A stretch of DNA of 64,000 nt from the NCBI GenBank assembly GCA_965247915.1, contig OZ252048.1, forward strand, positions 2,859,740 through 2,923,739, read 5' to 3'. Of this stretch, positions 1 to 11,800 are shown in pieces. Numbering within the stretch: position 1 is the first letter of the stretch; the number at the start of each line of letters is the position of its first letter. This DNA is from Paracoccaceae bacterium. GTDB taxonomy: Bacteria > Pseudomonadota > Alphaproteobacteria > Rhodobacterales > Rhodobacteraceae. The position numbers and the translations under genes were made by a program. The notes beneath the pieces were generated by a model. It was not told the DNA's origin. It searched no databases and was given only the letters and a program-made list of their open reading frames with translations.

Positions 1-2
1 AA

Positions 3-479
3 CTGGCCCGCGGTGAGTTCATAGACCGGCGCGAGAATATCATCGCATTGGGGCCAGGCGGCACAGGTAAAACCCATATCGCCCTGGGATTGGGTCTGGC
101 GGCCTGCCAGAAGGGCAGGAAAGTACGCTTCACCACTGCCGCTGCTCTCGTCCATGAACTCATCGGGGCCGTCGACGAACGCCGCCTGCAGCGCTTGCAG
201 AAACAACTGGTCAGCCAGGACCTGCTGATCATTGATGAGCTGGGTTTTGTGCCACTGAGCAAGACCGGGGCCGAGCTTCTCTTCGAGATCATCTCGCAGC
301 GCTACGAACGTGGCTCCATCATCATCACATCCAACCTGCCGTTCGATGAATGGACCGAGGTCTTCGGCGCAGAACGCCTCACAGGCGCCATTCTCGATCG
401 CCTAACCCACCACGTCCATATCCTCGAGATGAACGGCGAAAGCTACCGGTTGCGCCAGAGCAAAATCGCCAAACCGTAA
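3..479 (+). CDS. istB: IS21-family helper ATPase IstB, 5' end cut by the window edge
   Basis: The frame is open from nt 3. It has Walker A GPGGTGKTH, Walker B LLIIDELG, and the typical IstB tail ILDRLTHHVHILEMNGESYR. Confidence 0.85.
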   Translation: MARGEFIDRRENIIALGPGGTGKTHIALGLGLAACQKGRKVRFTTAAALVHELIGAVDERRLQRLQKQLVSQDLLIIDELGFVPLSKTGAELLFEIISQRYERGSIIITSNLPFDEWTEVFGAERLTGAILDRLTHHVHILEMNGESYRLRQSKIAKP

Positions 480-699
480 TCGTGAAAAGGGCTTCTCCCT
501 TTGCTTCCGGTCACACCAGATGTTGATCGGCCTTCTACGTTTCAGGCACGGTTCCTGGACCGTGCCGGGCGATGTGCGGGAGCTTTTGGACTTGGGGAAG
601 TTGGTTTCGAGTGCTGTCGGGCAGGCTGGAGGGCCGGCACTCGGCCCTGATTGAGGTGGATCGGAGGGCGGGCGGTGGCTGGCGCCCGGCCTGCCGGGA

Positions 700-1638
700 T
701 CAGCCGCGTTGTCCGACGATGTCGCGGTAGTCGGCGGGTCGGAGGCGCGTGCCGATGCCGAGCAGGGTGTCGAAGGCCGTTGCGGTGTGGCGGCGGCGGT
801 TCCAGCGGAACACGAACTCGTCGAGATAGCGGCGCAGATGGGCGCGGCGCAGGCCATGGAAGGTTCCGAGCGCCCAGCGCTTCAGGTTCGAGAACACACG
901 ATGGATCCACGTCAGCACGAGATTGGCGAGCGTTGCACCGACGACCTTGGGCTGGTGGTCGTGGTCGGGCAGGCCGCAATAACCGCTCCAGCCATCGGTG
1001 ATTACCCGCGCGCCCGGCGCCGAGGTCCCGGCAACGAAGGCATGAAGGCTGCGCGCGGAGAAATCCCCGATCGGCGCCAGCCGGATGCGACGTGGCTCGC
1101 CCTCGGGCGATAGCTCGACCGCGCCGGCAATGCGCATCTTGCCTTGCGGGCTGCGACCTTGCCCGCCTGCGGTCGGGTCTTTTACGGTGCGGAACGGTAG
1201 GGTGGCCTCATCGATCTCGACCAGGTCCTCAAGCAGGCTGCGATCCGGATCGACCATGGCACGGCGCAGCTTGTGCAGCAGGAGCCAGGCACTCTTGTAA
1301 CTGCCGAGCCCGAGCTGGGCCTGGAGTTGCAGGGCGGAGATACCGTTCGAGTGGCTGGTCACGATGTGAACGGCCATGAACCAGGTCTTCAGGGGCAAGT
1401 GGCTGCGGTGCATGATCGTGCCTGCGGTCACCGAAGTCTCCTTCCCGCAGGCCGCACATTCCCAGCTCGCCCGGCGACGCTTCAGTCCCCAGCCCCTGGC
1501 ATGGCCGCAGGCGGGGCAGACGAAGCCGTCGGGCCAGCGCTTGGCTGCGAGATGCCGGGCGCAGGAGGCTTCATCGGGAAAGCGCGCCTCGAAGGCGGCG
1601 CGGGACATCGGGCGGTCGTATTTCCAGCGGCTGGGCAT
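700..1638 (-). CDS. IS1595-family transposase (N-terminal zinc ribbon plus DDE domain)
   Basis: 312-aa ORF with paired Cys motifs (CPACG, CAACG) near the N-terminus. The overall pattern is recognised from memory as ISXO2/IS1595-like. Element ends were not determined. Confidence 0.75.
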   Translation of the reverse strand: MPSRWKYDRPMSRAAFEARFPDEASCARHLAAKRWPDGFVCPACGHARGWGLKRRRASWECAACGKETSVTAGTIMHRSHLPLKTWFMAVHIVTSHSNGISALQLQAQLGLGSYKSAWLLLHKLRRAMVDPDRSLLEDLVEIDEATLPFRTVKDPTAGGQGRSPQGKMRIAGAVELSPEGEPRRIRLAPIGDFSARSLHAFVAGTSAPGARVITDGWSGYCGLPDHDHQPKVVGATLANLVLTWIHRVFSNLKRWALGTFHGLRRAHLRRYLDEFVFRWNRRRHTATAFDTLLGIGTRLRPADYRDIVGQRG

Positions 1639-1881
1639 GACAGAACATTAGGCGAACATCCTGCCGATGGCAACCGCAAACCCAACATGTCGTCAAACCG
1701 GGTTCAGAGGGATAAGCCTCTCGTGAAAATACCAAAACTGCGAAAAGGTTGGCCTGCGGCCAACGCACCCTGGCACGCATCAGCTATTTGGAAAGCACAC
1801 GCACCAGGGTGCGCACCTAAATCAAACCAGGTGTCCAGTTTTGCACCGGGACATTGACCCTTTTTACTCCGGGATTGACAG

Positions 1882-3042
1882 TTGAATATCACGGTTGAGG
1901 GCAAGCGCGATTTTGGTGGTTGGGAAGAATTCAAGCAAGGTGTCACCCTTGCAGCCGAGGCCGGAACCGCCCCCAATATAGTTGTCACCAGCCACCTTGA
2001 TATCGCACCATGGAGCCAAGCTGGCTACATCGTGCCGGTTGAGGACTATTTGGATTTTGATACTTGGCCACTTAATGACATCTATCCAAATCTGCTGGAA
2101 ATCGCGGCCTATAACAGCGTGCAGTGGGGCGTTCCGCAGGACGCCGAAAGCCGACCTTTCTTTTTCTGGAAAGATACAATGCGCGGCATTGGGTATTCGG
2201 ACGAAGACATTGCTGCCTTGCCGGGTAATGTCGCATCTGGTGCGTATACATTGCAAGACGTGCTGGCGGACGCAAAAAAAGCCGTAGATATGGGGCTGGT
2301 CGCTGAGGGGTATGGGTTTTATCCACGAACATCGAACGGACCGGATTGGGGCCAGTTCTATCAGGCATTCGGCGGCGTCCTGCAGGATCCGGAAACTGGC
2401 AAACTTGTTTTGGACAAATCGGCAATGCAGGGTTTTTACCAGTTCTTCGCTGACGCCGTTGCAGCGGGCGTGACCCGCAAGAACCACATCGGCACGGACT
2501 TTGGCCAGTGGTACAGTGAAGTCGCAAATGGCAAGGCCGCGTTATGGCATGGCGGTACCTGGCACTATGCACGCTACACGGGCAAAGAAGGTAACACTGA
2601 TTTCTTTGGAACGATCGAGTTTTCACTGATCCCGGCGGGTGATGCAAATGGGCGTCCAAACACGATCACCCATCCATTGGTCTATCTTGTAACCAACCAG
2701 GCCGATGACCAGGACGAAGAGATTGCCGCACAGCTGATCAAGATTGCATCTGAGCCAAGGTTGAATTCGCTTCATGCCATCAAGTCGGCGCATCTTGGCA
2801 TTACCGCGCAGCAGTCAAATATTGAGCTCTATGCCAATGACAGATGGGCATCCGAAGCAACTGAACGCTTGCTTGGAAGTGCCAACGCCCAGCCAAACCA
2901 CTTGCAATACGGTGTTTATTCCGAAGCAATGTGGGCGGGACTAGAGGTCTCCTGGACCGGCATTAAGACCCCGGCAGAAGCTGTTGCAGAACTGGAAGCA
3001 GAACTAACCGCCAAACTGGGCGATGATCTGATCCTCCGCTAA
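1882..3042 (+). pseudogene. Periplasmic solute-binding protein of a sugar-type ABC transporter, missing its N-terminus and signal peptide
   Basis: 386-aa ORF with a family-1 SBP-like sequence. It begins at TTG directly in the mature domain, with no hydrophobic leader. It lies next to the IS1595 copy. Confidence 0.55.
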
Positions 3043-3093
3043 GCATCTTGGCGGGGGCATTTGCCCCCGCCCGTTTTTCGCAAAAGGTGTGCT

Positions 3094-3297
3094 ATGCGAC
3101 ACATTAACTCCCTCGGATTTGCATTTCTTACGCCGGCGTTGATCATTGTCGTGTTGTTTTTTCTGGCGCCTGTCGTCCTGACAATATTTTTCGCATTTTC
3201 AAATATGTCTACTCGGCTTTGGCGGAACCTACCGTCAGGGCGATTTCGCGCTATCGGGCGCCGCACAGGCGAATGGCGTCGATTCGGGGAACACTGA
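3094..3297 (+). pseudogene. N-terminal stub of an ABC transporter permease
   Basis: MRHINSLGFAFLTPALIIVVLFFLAPVVLTIFFAFSN resembles a MalF/UgpA-type first transmembrane segment. Recognisable sequence is lost after about 45 codons. Confidence 0.4.
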
Positions 3298-3364
3298 GTA
3301 CAGCGTCCGACTCAATCTCCAGATAGCATTCTAGACTGAACCGTACCGGGTTTCCCGGAGCGGT

Positions 3365-3559
3365 TCACTCGGCCAGCTCATACAGGCACTGGGCGAAATC
3401 GTGAGCCGTTTTGCGCTCGGTCACCTTCACGTGCCGCCACGGCTGATGGGCGTCGAGGAACACAAAAAGGTTCGCGGACGGGAGGCCGAGGCCGTGCTCT
3501 ATGCTGGAGGCTGACACGGGACGAAGTCGGCATTCGGTTGAAGAGCGAGGACGGCGCAT
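3365..3559 (-). pseudogene. Internal fragment of an IS630-family transposase
   Basis: 64-aa ORF. The motif ...TERKTAHDFAQCLYELAE resembles the mid-region of IS630/DDE_3 transposases. It has no start and no catalytic C-terminus. Confidence 0.35.
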
Positions 3560-3600
3560 CGGAAGGTGCCGCGCCGCGCGACCGGCTTCGGCCTTGGGCC

Positions 3601-5612
3601 CTACCAGCTTACCTGTAGGCGCAGCATCACGCCGTGCTCCGCGGCGTCGTCGTTGGCCGGCTCGCGCCGCGCGCCCTCGAAGCTCAGGTCGAACGCAGGC
3701 GCGATCTCGAAGCGAATACCGATCCGGTAACGTCGCGACCCTTCGCCCGCCAGCGAGAACCCGCCATAGGGCGTCAGCAGCCCGCGTCCGCCGAACGCGC
3801 CGAAGCCATAGCCGAGCTCGCTGTCCAGCCGCATCTGCGGGACGTTGTCATTGGCCGCCCCATCGTCGGTCGCCAGTTTGGCGACGTCCTGATCCCACAG
3901 CCGATCCACCCCGCTCGATATCTCGCCCCAGGTCGGGAAGAGGCTGAACGACAGTCCCCGCCCGCCGGCGCCCGGGTCGAGCCGGACCGAGCCGCCGAGG
4001 CCCCATTCCCGGTAATCGCTCTGCCCCGCCAGCACCCGACCGTTGACCTCGATCGTCAGGCCCGCGGCCGGATCCCGATAACGCAAGCTTCCGCCGATCT
4101 CGATGCCGGTGCCGGTGATCCCGTCGCCCCCGTCATGGCGCAGACCCAGCTCCAGGGACGGCGTCAGGGAGGAGCCCGAGGCCAGCGCCTGCTCGTGGCT
4201 GCCCTCCAGCGCCAGCCGCAGGCGGTTGGCGTTCACTGTCTGCTTGTCGATCAGGTCATCGTCGCCCTCGACCTCGACTTGCGCAACCGACGCCTCGCCC
4301 TTGAGCATGAGCGTCGTCCTGCCGCCCTCGATCAGCGACCCGCTCGCGCCCATTGCTGCGGTCTTCAAGCTGGTATCGCTCGTCTGCCGGCCGGCCTGCT
4401 CGTCGTCGATCCCGATCTCGCCCTGGCCGTAGCCCAGCGTCGCCCAGAGACCGAGACCCTGCGGTGAGGTCCAGCCGAGATAGGGATGCACGCTGGTCAT
4501 GCGGCTCTTATAGTCGCCGCTCACCGGCACCGGCCCGGTCGCGGCGGTATAGTCGAATTCACCGACTGAGCGCGACAGCGCGAGCCCGGTCAGGAGATCG
4601 TCGCGCAGACAACCATCGATGCCGATCTGGCCGGTCAGCACCGTGCCGTCCCAGGCAAGGGCGGACTCCGTGCTTTCGAGCGTGTGCCGCTCGCCACGGC
4701 CCCACACCACAGGCCCGCCACCCGTTCTGTCGCCGCTCGCCGTCGCGAGCGGCAGCCGGAAGGACGAGCCCGCCAGTACATCGTCGAGGGTGAGCGTGCC
4801 GTCCTCGAGGGCCTGGGCCTTGGCGTGCAGCGCACCATGGATCCTCGATCCCCCGGCCAGCGTGTAGGCGGCCGCCTGTTTGCCGCACGCCTCGTCCATG
4901 CGCGCACCGATCGCCCGGTTGGTGACATCGGCGATGGTCAGCGCGTGTTTGGAGAGGATCTCGGCGTTGAGTCGCCCGAAGCGCGCCAAAAGCCCCGGCG
5001 TGGCGGTCACGGTGGATGACGCGCTGATGATATCGGAGCCGCTCACGGCGCCGCTTACCCCCAGCACCGTGAAGGTGTATTCGGTGCCGTTGGTCAACCC
5101 GGTAATGGCAGCGGTCGTCTTCGACCCCGATCCGGACTGGACGAACTGGGTCACAGGCGTCGCGCCACCCTGGATTTGGACCGAATAATGGTTGATCTCG
5201 GGGTTCCTGTCCCACTGTAGCGCAACCTGGCTGTCGCCCGGGGTCGCCGCCAAATTGGGCGGCGCGGGCCACAGTGCTATGGCGGTCGTTTCGGCTGCGT
5301 CGCTGACACGAAAGTCGTTCGCCGAACGCAGCTGGAAGGTGTACAGGGTGCCAAATGTCAGGCCGGTGATGACGTAACTGGTGGTGCTCGCGTTGCTACC
5401 GGGGATTGTGGTCCAATCCGGGTTCCACGTTACGCCGTCGTCGTCGGAGACGCGGTATTGGTAGTATTCGAGCCCAGCAAGATCGGCGGGGGGCTCCACC
5501 TCAGCGTTACCGCGGCCCCTTCAGCCGCGTCCGCCGACGCCGGAAAACCGAGCAGCAGCACGGCGGCGGCGAGGACTGCGCCGATGATTGCCAGCCGTGG
5601 AAAAAGTCTCAC
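3601..5612 (-). pseudogene. Autotransporter AT1 (signal peptide, 2-3 FN3 modules, C-terminal beta-domain), split by a frameshift
   Basis: The 632-aa ORF 3601..5499 carries FN3-like modules and a barrel ending GVMLRLQVSW. The signal peptide (VRLFPRLAIIGAVLAAAVLLLGFPASADA, GTG at 5612 after an AGGGGG RBS-like motif) is in another frame and stops at 5430. The frames overlap around a G6 run at 5488..5493. Confidence 0.75.
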
Positions 5613-5897
5613 GGAAACTGTCCCCCTGCACGCGCCCGTTCGATACAACACCGGGCTACTGGCGCTTTCGGTGTCTATAATGTCGTTATTCATGCTCGTC
5701 TGCTTGTGGTCAAGCTCTACTCTTCGCCGGCCGCGGACCTCGCCAGTGGTCCCCGGTCCGTGATCATCATACAGGGAGCACCCTTTCGACAACCCGTCGG
5801 ACCGCCGCTCCTCGTGTCGTACCACCCGGGTCCGGCAATGGGGAGCATTTCGCCGGCCGCGGCAGCGTCCGCCGCGCGACCGGTTTCCGCCTCGGCC

Positions 5898-8800
5898 CTA
5901 CCAGCTTGCCTGCATGCGCAGCATCACGCCGTGCTCCGCGGCGTCGTCGTTGGCCGGCTCGCGCCGCGCGCCCTCGAAGCTCAGGTCGAACGCAGGCGCG
6001 ATCTCGAAGCGAATACCGATCCGGTAACGTCGCGACCCTTCGCCGGCCAGCGAGAACCCGCCATAGGGCGTCAGCAGCCCGTGCCCGCCGAGTGTGCTGA
6101 AGCCATAGCCAAGCTCGCTGTCCAGCCGCATCTGCGGGACGTTGTCATTGGCCGCCCCATCGTCGGTCGCCAGTTCTGCGACGTCCTGATCCCACAACCG
6201 CGCAGTCCCGCTCGTCGCATCGCCGTAAACCAGCGCCATGCTCAACGACAGGCCGTGGCCGCTGGGGCCGGGATCAACCCGGACCAGTCCGCCAACGCCC
6301 CATTCCTCGTATTCGTCCTCATGCGCAAGCAGAACCCGGCCGTGGCCTTCCAGCGTCACCCCGTTCGATGGGTCGAAGTAACGCAAGCTGCCGCCAAGCT
6401 CATACCCGTTCCCGGTCACTCCGTCGCCACCGTCATGGCGAACGCCAACTTCCAGCGCCGGCGTCAGCGATGCGCCCGAGGCCAGCTCATGCGCATGGCT
6501 GCCCTCCAGCGACAGCCGAAGCCGCTGGATATCCGTGGTCAGCGGGTTGATCTGCAGGCCGTTGCCCTCCAGCTCGATCCGCGACAGCGCGCCCTCGCCC
6601 TTGAGCTTCAGCGTTGTCGTGCCGCCCGCGATCAGACCATCGTCGGAGAGCAGCGTGCCGCTCGCGCCCGCCGCCACCATCTTCAGCGTCGTATCGCTCG
6701 ACTGCGGCGCCAGCAGATCGTCGTCGATCTCCACCTCGCCCTGGCCGTAGCCGACCGTCGCCCACATCCCGAGACCCTGCGGTGAGGTCCAGCCGAGATA
6801 GGGATGCACGCTGGTCATGCGGCTCTTATAGTCGCCGCTCACCGTCAAGCCGCCTCCCTGCGCCGTCGAGGTCCGGTCGGTATAGTCGAACGATCCCCGG
6901 GACCACGATACCGACATCCCGGCCAGAACCTTCTCGTTCAGCCGTGTGTCCGCGCCCAGATGAGCGGTCACTATATTGCCTTCCCATTCCACCAGGCTGT
7001 CCGGACGGCCCTTAAGGCTGGTGTAATCGCCGCTGCCCCAGATCGCCAGGCCGCCGAGACCGCCCGGCACATTGTTCCCGTCTTCGGCGGCATGGAGCGG
7101 TAGCACGAAGGAGCGGCCATCCAGCAGCGCCTTCAGGTCGAACGTGCCTTGCTCAAGCGAGCGCTCGTTGGCCTTAAGCAAGCGATAAATAGAGGACTGA
7201 TCGGCCAGGTTGACCGCGCCTGCAGGCGGCACGCCGGACGCCACCGCATCGATGCGCCCGGTGATCGCTGTCAGCGTGCTCGCCACCATCGCCTGCGCCA
7301 CCCGAGGCACGATCTCCTCGTTCACCCGGCCGATCCGCGCCGTCGCCGCGTCCTCCGCGTTGTCGAGGATTGTCCCCGTCGCCGGCGAATTCGAGGCAAG
7401 CGACACGGGTACCGTACTGGTCACATTCGAGAGCCGCACCACGAAGGTCTCTGTCCCCTCGGCCACGGCGTCGCGAATCGTCTGAACCTCAACGGTCTGT
7501 ACGAACGAGCTGGCGGTCTGCTCGAAAATCAGCGTGCCCGACCCGTGCGTGTAGTCGTCCGGTGTCTTCGCGGTGCCGTCTTCCGTCGACCAGTCCACTG
7601 TCACGTTGCTCGCGACGGCACCCGACAGCTTTACCGTGAAACGCGCCGTGCCGCCTTCATCTATCACCCTGTCCGACACGGACAAATTTCGCGCATCCTC
7701 GTCGTCGGTCAGCGTCAGGGTCTGATCGGAAGGCGCCGTGACCCCCTGGGTGTTGGCCGCCGTCGCCGACACCGTCACCGTCTTGTCCGGCGCGTCGACG
7801 CTGTTGTCGACCCCGGTGATGGTCACCACGCCGGTGCTCGTCGTGGCGCCGGCCGCGATCGTCAGCGTGGTGTTGGTGCTCAGCGCGAAGTCGCCGGCCA
7901 CCGCCGGGGAGACCGCCGTCGCCGACACCGTCACCGTGGTCGCCTGGCTCGACGCCCCGCTCAGCGTCGCCGTCACCGTGCTGACCCCGCCGTTCTCGCT
8001 CACCGAGGCCGGGCTCAGCGCCAGCGTCACGCTCGGCGTCGCCTCGTCGTCGGTCAGCGTCAGGGTCTGATCGGAAGGCGCCGTGACCCCCTGGGTGTTG
8101 GCCGCCGTCGCCGACACCGTCACCGTCTTGTCCGGCGCGTCGACGCTGTTGTCGACCCCGGTGATGGTCACCACGCCGGTGCTCGTCGTGGCGTTGGCCG
8201 CGATCGTCAGCGTGGTGTTGGTGCTCAGCGCGAAGTCGCCGGCCACCGCCGGGGAGACCGCCGTCGCCGACACCGTCACCGTGGTCGCCTGGCTCGACGC
8301 CCCGCTCAGCGTCGCCGTCACCGTGCTGACCCCGCCGTTCTCGCTCACCGAGGCCGGGCTCAGCGCCAGCGTCACGCTCGGCGTCGCCTCGTCGTCGGTC
8401 AGCGTCAGGGTCTGATTGGAAGGCGCCGTGACCCCCTGGGTGTTGGCCGCCGTCGCCGACACCGTCACCGTCTTGTCCGGCGCGTCGACGCTGTTGTCGA
8501 CCCCGGTGATGGTCACCACGCCGGTGCTCGTCGTGGCGCCGGCCGCGATCGTCAGCGTGGTGTTGGTGCTCAGCGCAAAGTCGCCGGCCACCGCCGGGGA
8601 GACCGCCGTCGCCGACACCGTCACCGTGGTCGCCTGGCTCGACGCCCCGCTCAGCGTCGCCGTCACCGTGCTGACCCCGCCGTTCTCGCTCACCGAGGCC
8701 GGGCTCAGCGCCAGCGTCACGCTCGGCGTCGCCTCGTCGTCGGTCAGCGTCAGGGTCTGATCGGAAGGCGCCGTGACCCCCTGGGTGTTGGCCGCCGTCG

Positions 8801-11800
8801 CCGACACCGTCACCGTCTTGTCCGGCGCGTCGACGCTGTTGTCGACCCCGGTGATGGTCACCACGCCGGTGCTCGTCGTGGCGCCGGCCGCGAAGCTCAG
8901 CGTGGTGTTGGTGCTCAGCGCAAAGTCGCCGGCCACCGCCGGGGAGACCGCCGTCGCCGACACCGTCACCGTGGTCGCCTGGCTCGACGCCCCGCTCAGC
9001 GTCGCCGTCACCGTGCTGACCCCGCCGTTCTCGCTCACCGAGGCCGGGCTCAGCGCCAGCGTCACGCTCGGCGTCGCCTCGTCGTCGGTCAGCGTCAGGG
9101 TCTGATCGGAAGGCGCCGTGACCCCCTGGGTGTTGGCCGCCGTCGCCGACACCGTCACCGACTTGTCCGGCGCGTCGACGCTGTTGTCGACCCCGGTGAT
9201 GGTCACCACGCCGGTGCTCGTCGTGGCGTTGGCCGCGATCGTCAGCGTGGTGTTGGTGCTCAGCGCGAAGTCGCCGGCCACCGCCGGGGAGACCGCCGTC
9301 GCCGACACCGTCACCGTGGTCGCCTGGCTCGACGCCCCGCTCAGCGTCGCCGTCACCGTGCTGACCCCGCCGTTCTCGCTCACCGAGGCCGGGCTCAGCG
9401 CCAGCGTCACGCTCGGCGTCGCCTCGTCGTCGGTCAGCGTCAGGGTCTGATCGGAAGGCGCCGTGACCCCCTGGGTGTTGGCCGCCGTCGCCGACACCGT
9501 CACCGACTTGTCCGGCGCGTCGACGCTGTTGTCGACCCCGGTGATGGTCACCACGCCGGTGCTCGTCGTGGCGCCGGCCGCGATCGTCAGCGTGGTGTTG
9601 GTGCTCAGCGCGAAGTCGCCGGCCACCGCCGGCGCCACCGCCGTCGCCGACACCGTCACCGTGGTCGCCTGGCTCGACGCCCCGCTCAGCGTCGCCGTCA
9701 CCGTGCTGACCCCGCCGTTCTCGCTCACCGAGGCCGGGCTCAGCGCCAGCGTCACGCTCGGCGTCGCCTCGTCGTCGGTCAGCGTCAGGGTCTGATCGGA
9801 AGGCGCCGTGACCCCCTGGGTGTTGGCCGCCGTCGCCGACACCGTCACCGTCTTGTCCGGCGCGTCGACGCTGTTGTCGACCCCGGTGATGGTCACCACG
9901 CCGGTGCTCGTCGTGGCGCCGGCCGCGAAGCTCAGCGTGGTGTTGGTGCTCAGCGCAGAGTCGCCGGCCACCGCCGGGGAGACCGCCGTCGCCGACACCG
10001 TCACCGTGGTCGCCTGGCTCGACGCCCCGCTCAGCGTCGCCGTCACCGTGCTGACCCCGCCGTTCTCGCTCACCGAGGCCGGGCTCAGCGCCAGCGTCAC
10101 GCTCGGCGTCGCCTCGTCGTCGGTCAGCGTCAGGGTCTGATCGGAAGGCGCCGTGACCCCCTGGGTGTTGGCCGCCGTCGCCGACACCGTCACCGACTTG
10201 TCCGGCGCGTCGACGCTGTTGTCGACCCCGGTGATGGTCACCACGCCGGTGCTCGTCGTGGCGTTGGCCGCGATCGTCAGCGTGGTGTTGGTGCTCAGCG
10301 CGAAGTCGCCGGCCACCGCCGGGGAGACCGCCGTCGCCGACACCGTCACCGTGGTCGCCTGGCTCGACGCCCCGCTCAGCGTCGCCGTCACCGTGCTGAC
10401 CCCGCCGTTCTCGCTCACCGAGGCCGGGCTCAGCGCCAGCGTCACGCTCGGCGTCGCCTCGTCGTCGGTCAGCGTCAGGGTCTGATCGGAAGGCGCCGTG
10501 ACCCCCTGGGTGTTGGCCGCCGTCGCCGACACCGTCACCGACTTGTCCGGCGCGTCGACGCTGTTGTCGACCCCGGTGATGGTCACCACGCCGGTGCTCG
10601 TCGTGGCGCCGGCCGCGATCGTCAGCGTGGTGTTGGTGCTCAGCGCGAAGTCGCCGGCCACCGCCGGCGCCACCGCCGTCGCCGACACCGTCACCGTGGT
10701 CGCCTGGCTCGACGCCCCGCTCAGCGTCGCCGTCACCGTGCTGACCCCGCCGTTCTCGCTCACCGAGGCCGGGCTCAGCGCCAGCGTCACGCTCGGCGTC
10801 GCCTCGTCGTCGGTCAGCGTCAGGGTCTGATTGGAAGGCGCCGTGACCCCCTGGGTGTTGGCCGCCGTCGCCGACACCGTCACCGTCTTGTCCGGCGCGT
10901 CGACGCTGTTGTCGACCCCGGTGATGGTCACCACGCCGGTGCTCGTCGTGGCGCCGGCCGCGATCGTCAGCGTGGTGTTGGTGCTCAGCGCGAAGTCGCC
11001 GGCCACCGCCGGGGAGACCGCCGTCGCCGACACCGTCACCGTGGTCGCCTGGCTCGACGCCCCGCTCAGCGTCGCCGTCACCGTGCTGACCCCGCCGTTC
11101 TCGCTCACCGAGGCCGGGCTCAGCGCCAGCGTCACGCTCGGCGTCGCCTCGTCGTCGGTCAGCGTCAGGGTCTGATCGGAAGGCGCCGTGACCCCCTGGG
11201 TGTTGGCCGCCGTCGCCGACACCGTCACCGTCTTGTCCGGCGCGTCGACGCTGTTGTCGACCCCGGTGATGGTCACCACGCCGGTGCTCGTCGTGGCGCC
11301 GGCCGCGATCGTCAGCGTGGTGTTGGTGCTCAGCGCAAAGTCGCCGGCCACCGCCGGGGAGACCGCCGTCGCCGACACCGTCACCGTGGTCGCCTGGCTC
11401 GACGCCCCGCTCAGCGTCGCCGTCACCGTGCTGACCCCGCCGTTCTCGCTCACCGAGGCCGGGCTCAGCGCCAGCGTCACGCTCGGCGTCGCCTCGTCGT
11501 CGGTCAGCGTCAGGGTCTGATCGGAAGGCGCCGTGACCCCCTGGGTGTTGGCCGCCGTCGCCGACACCGTCACCGTCTTGTCCGGCGCGTCGACGCTGTT
11601 GTCGACCCCGGTGATGGTCACCACGCCGGTGCTCGTCGTGGCGCCGGCCGCGATCGTCAGCGTGGTGTTGGTGCTCAGCGCAAAGTCGCCGGCCACCGCC
11701 GGGGAGACCGCCGTCGCCGACACCGTCACCGTGGTCGCCTGGCTCGACGCCCCGCTCAGCGTCGCCGTCACCGTGCTGACCCCGCCGTTCTCGCTCACCG

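Noticed and set aside
545-566. 8-bp stem hairpin GGCACGGT-TCCTGG-ACCGTGCC after the first istB
   Set aside because: It could be a terminator or part of an IS21 end, but it has no T-tract and the IS boundary is not defined. Support is insufficient.
5406-6785. 459-aa + strand ORF (and the related 16665..17591 ORF) opposite the autotransporter barrels
   Set aside because: These are antisense frames of the conserved barrel sequence. Their similarity to each other merely reflects the paralogy of the real genes.
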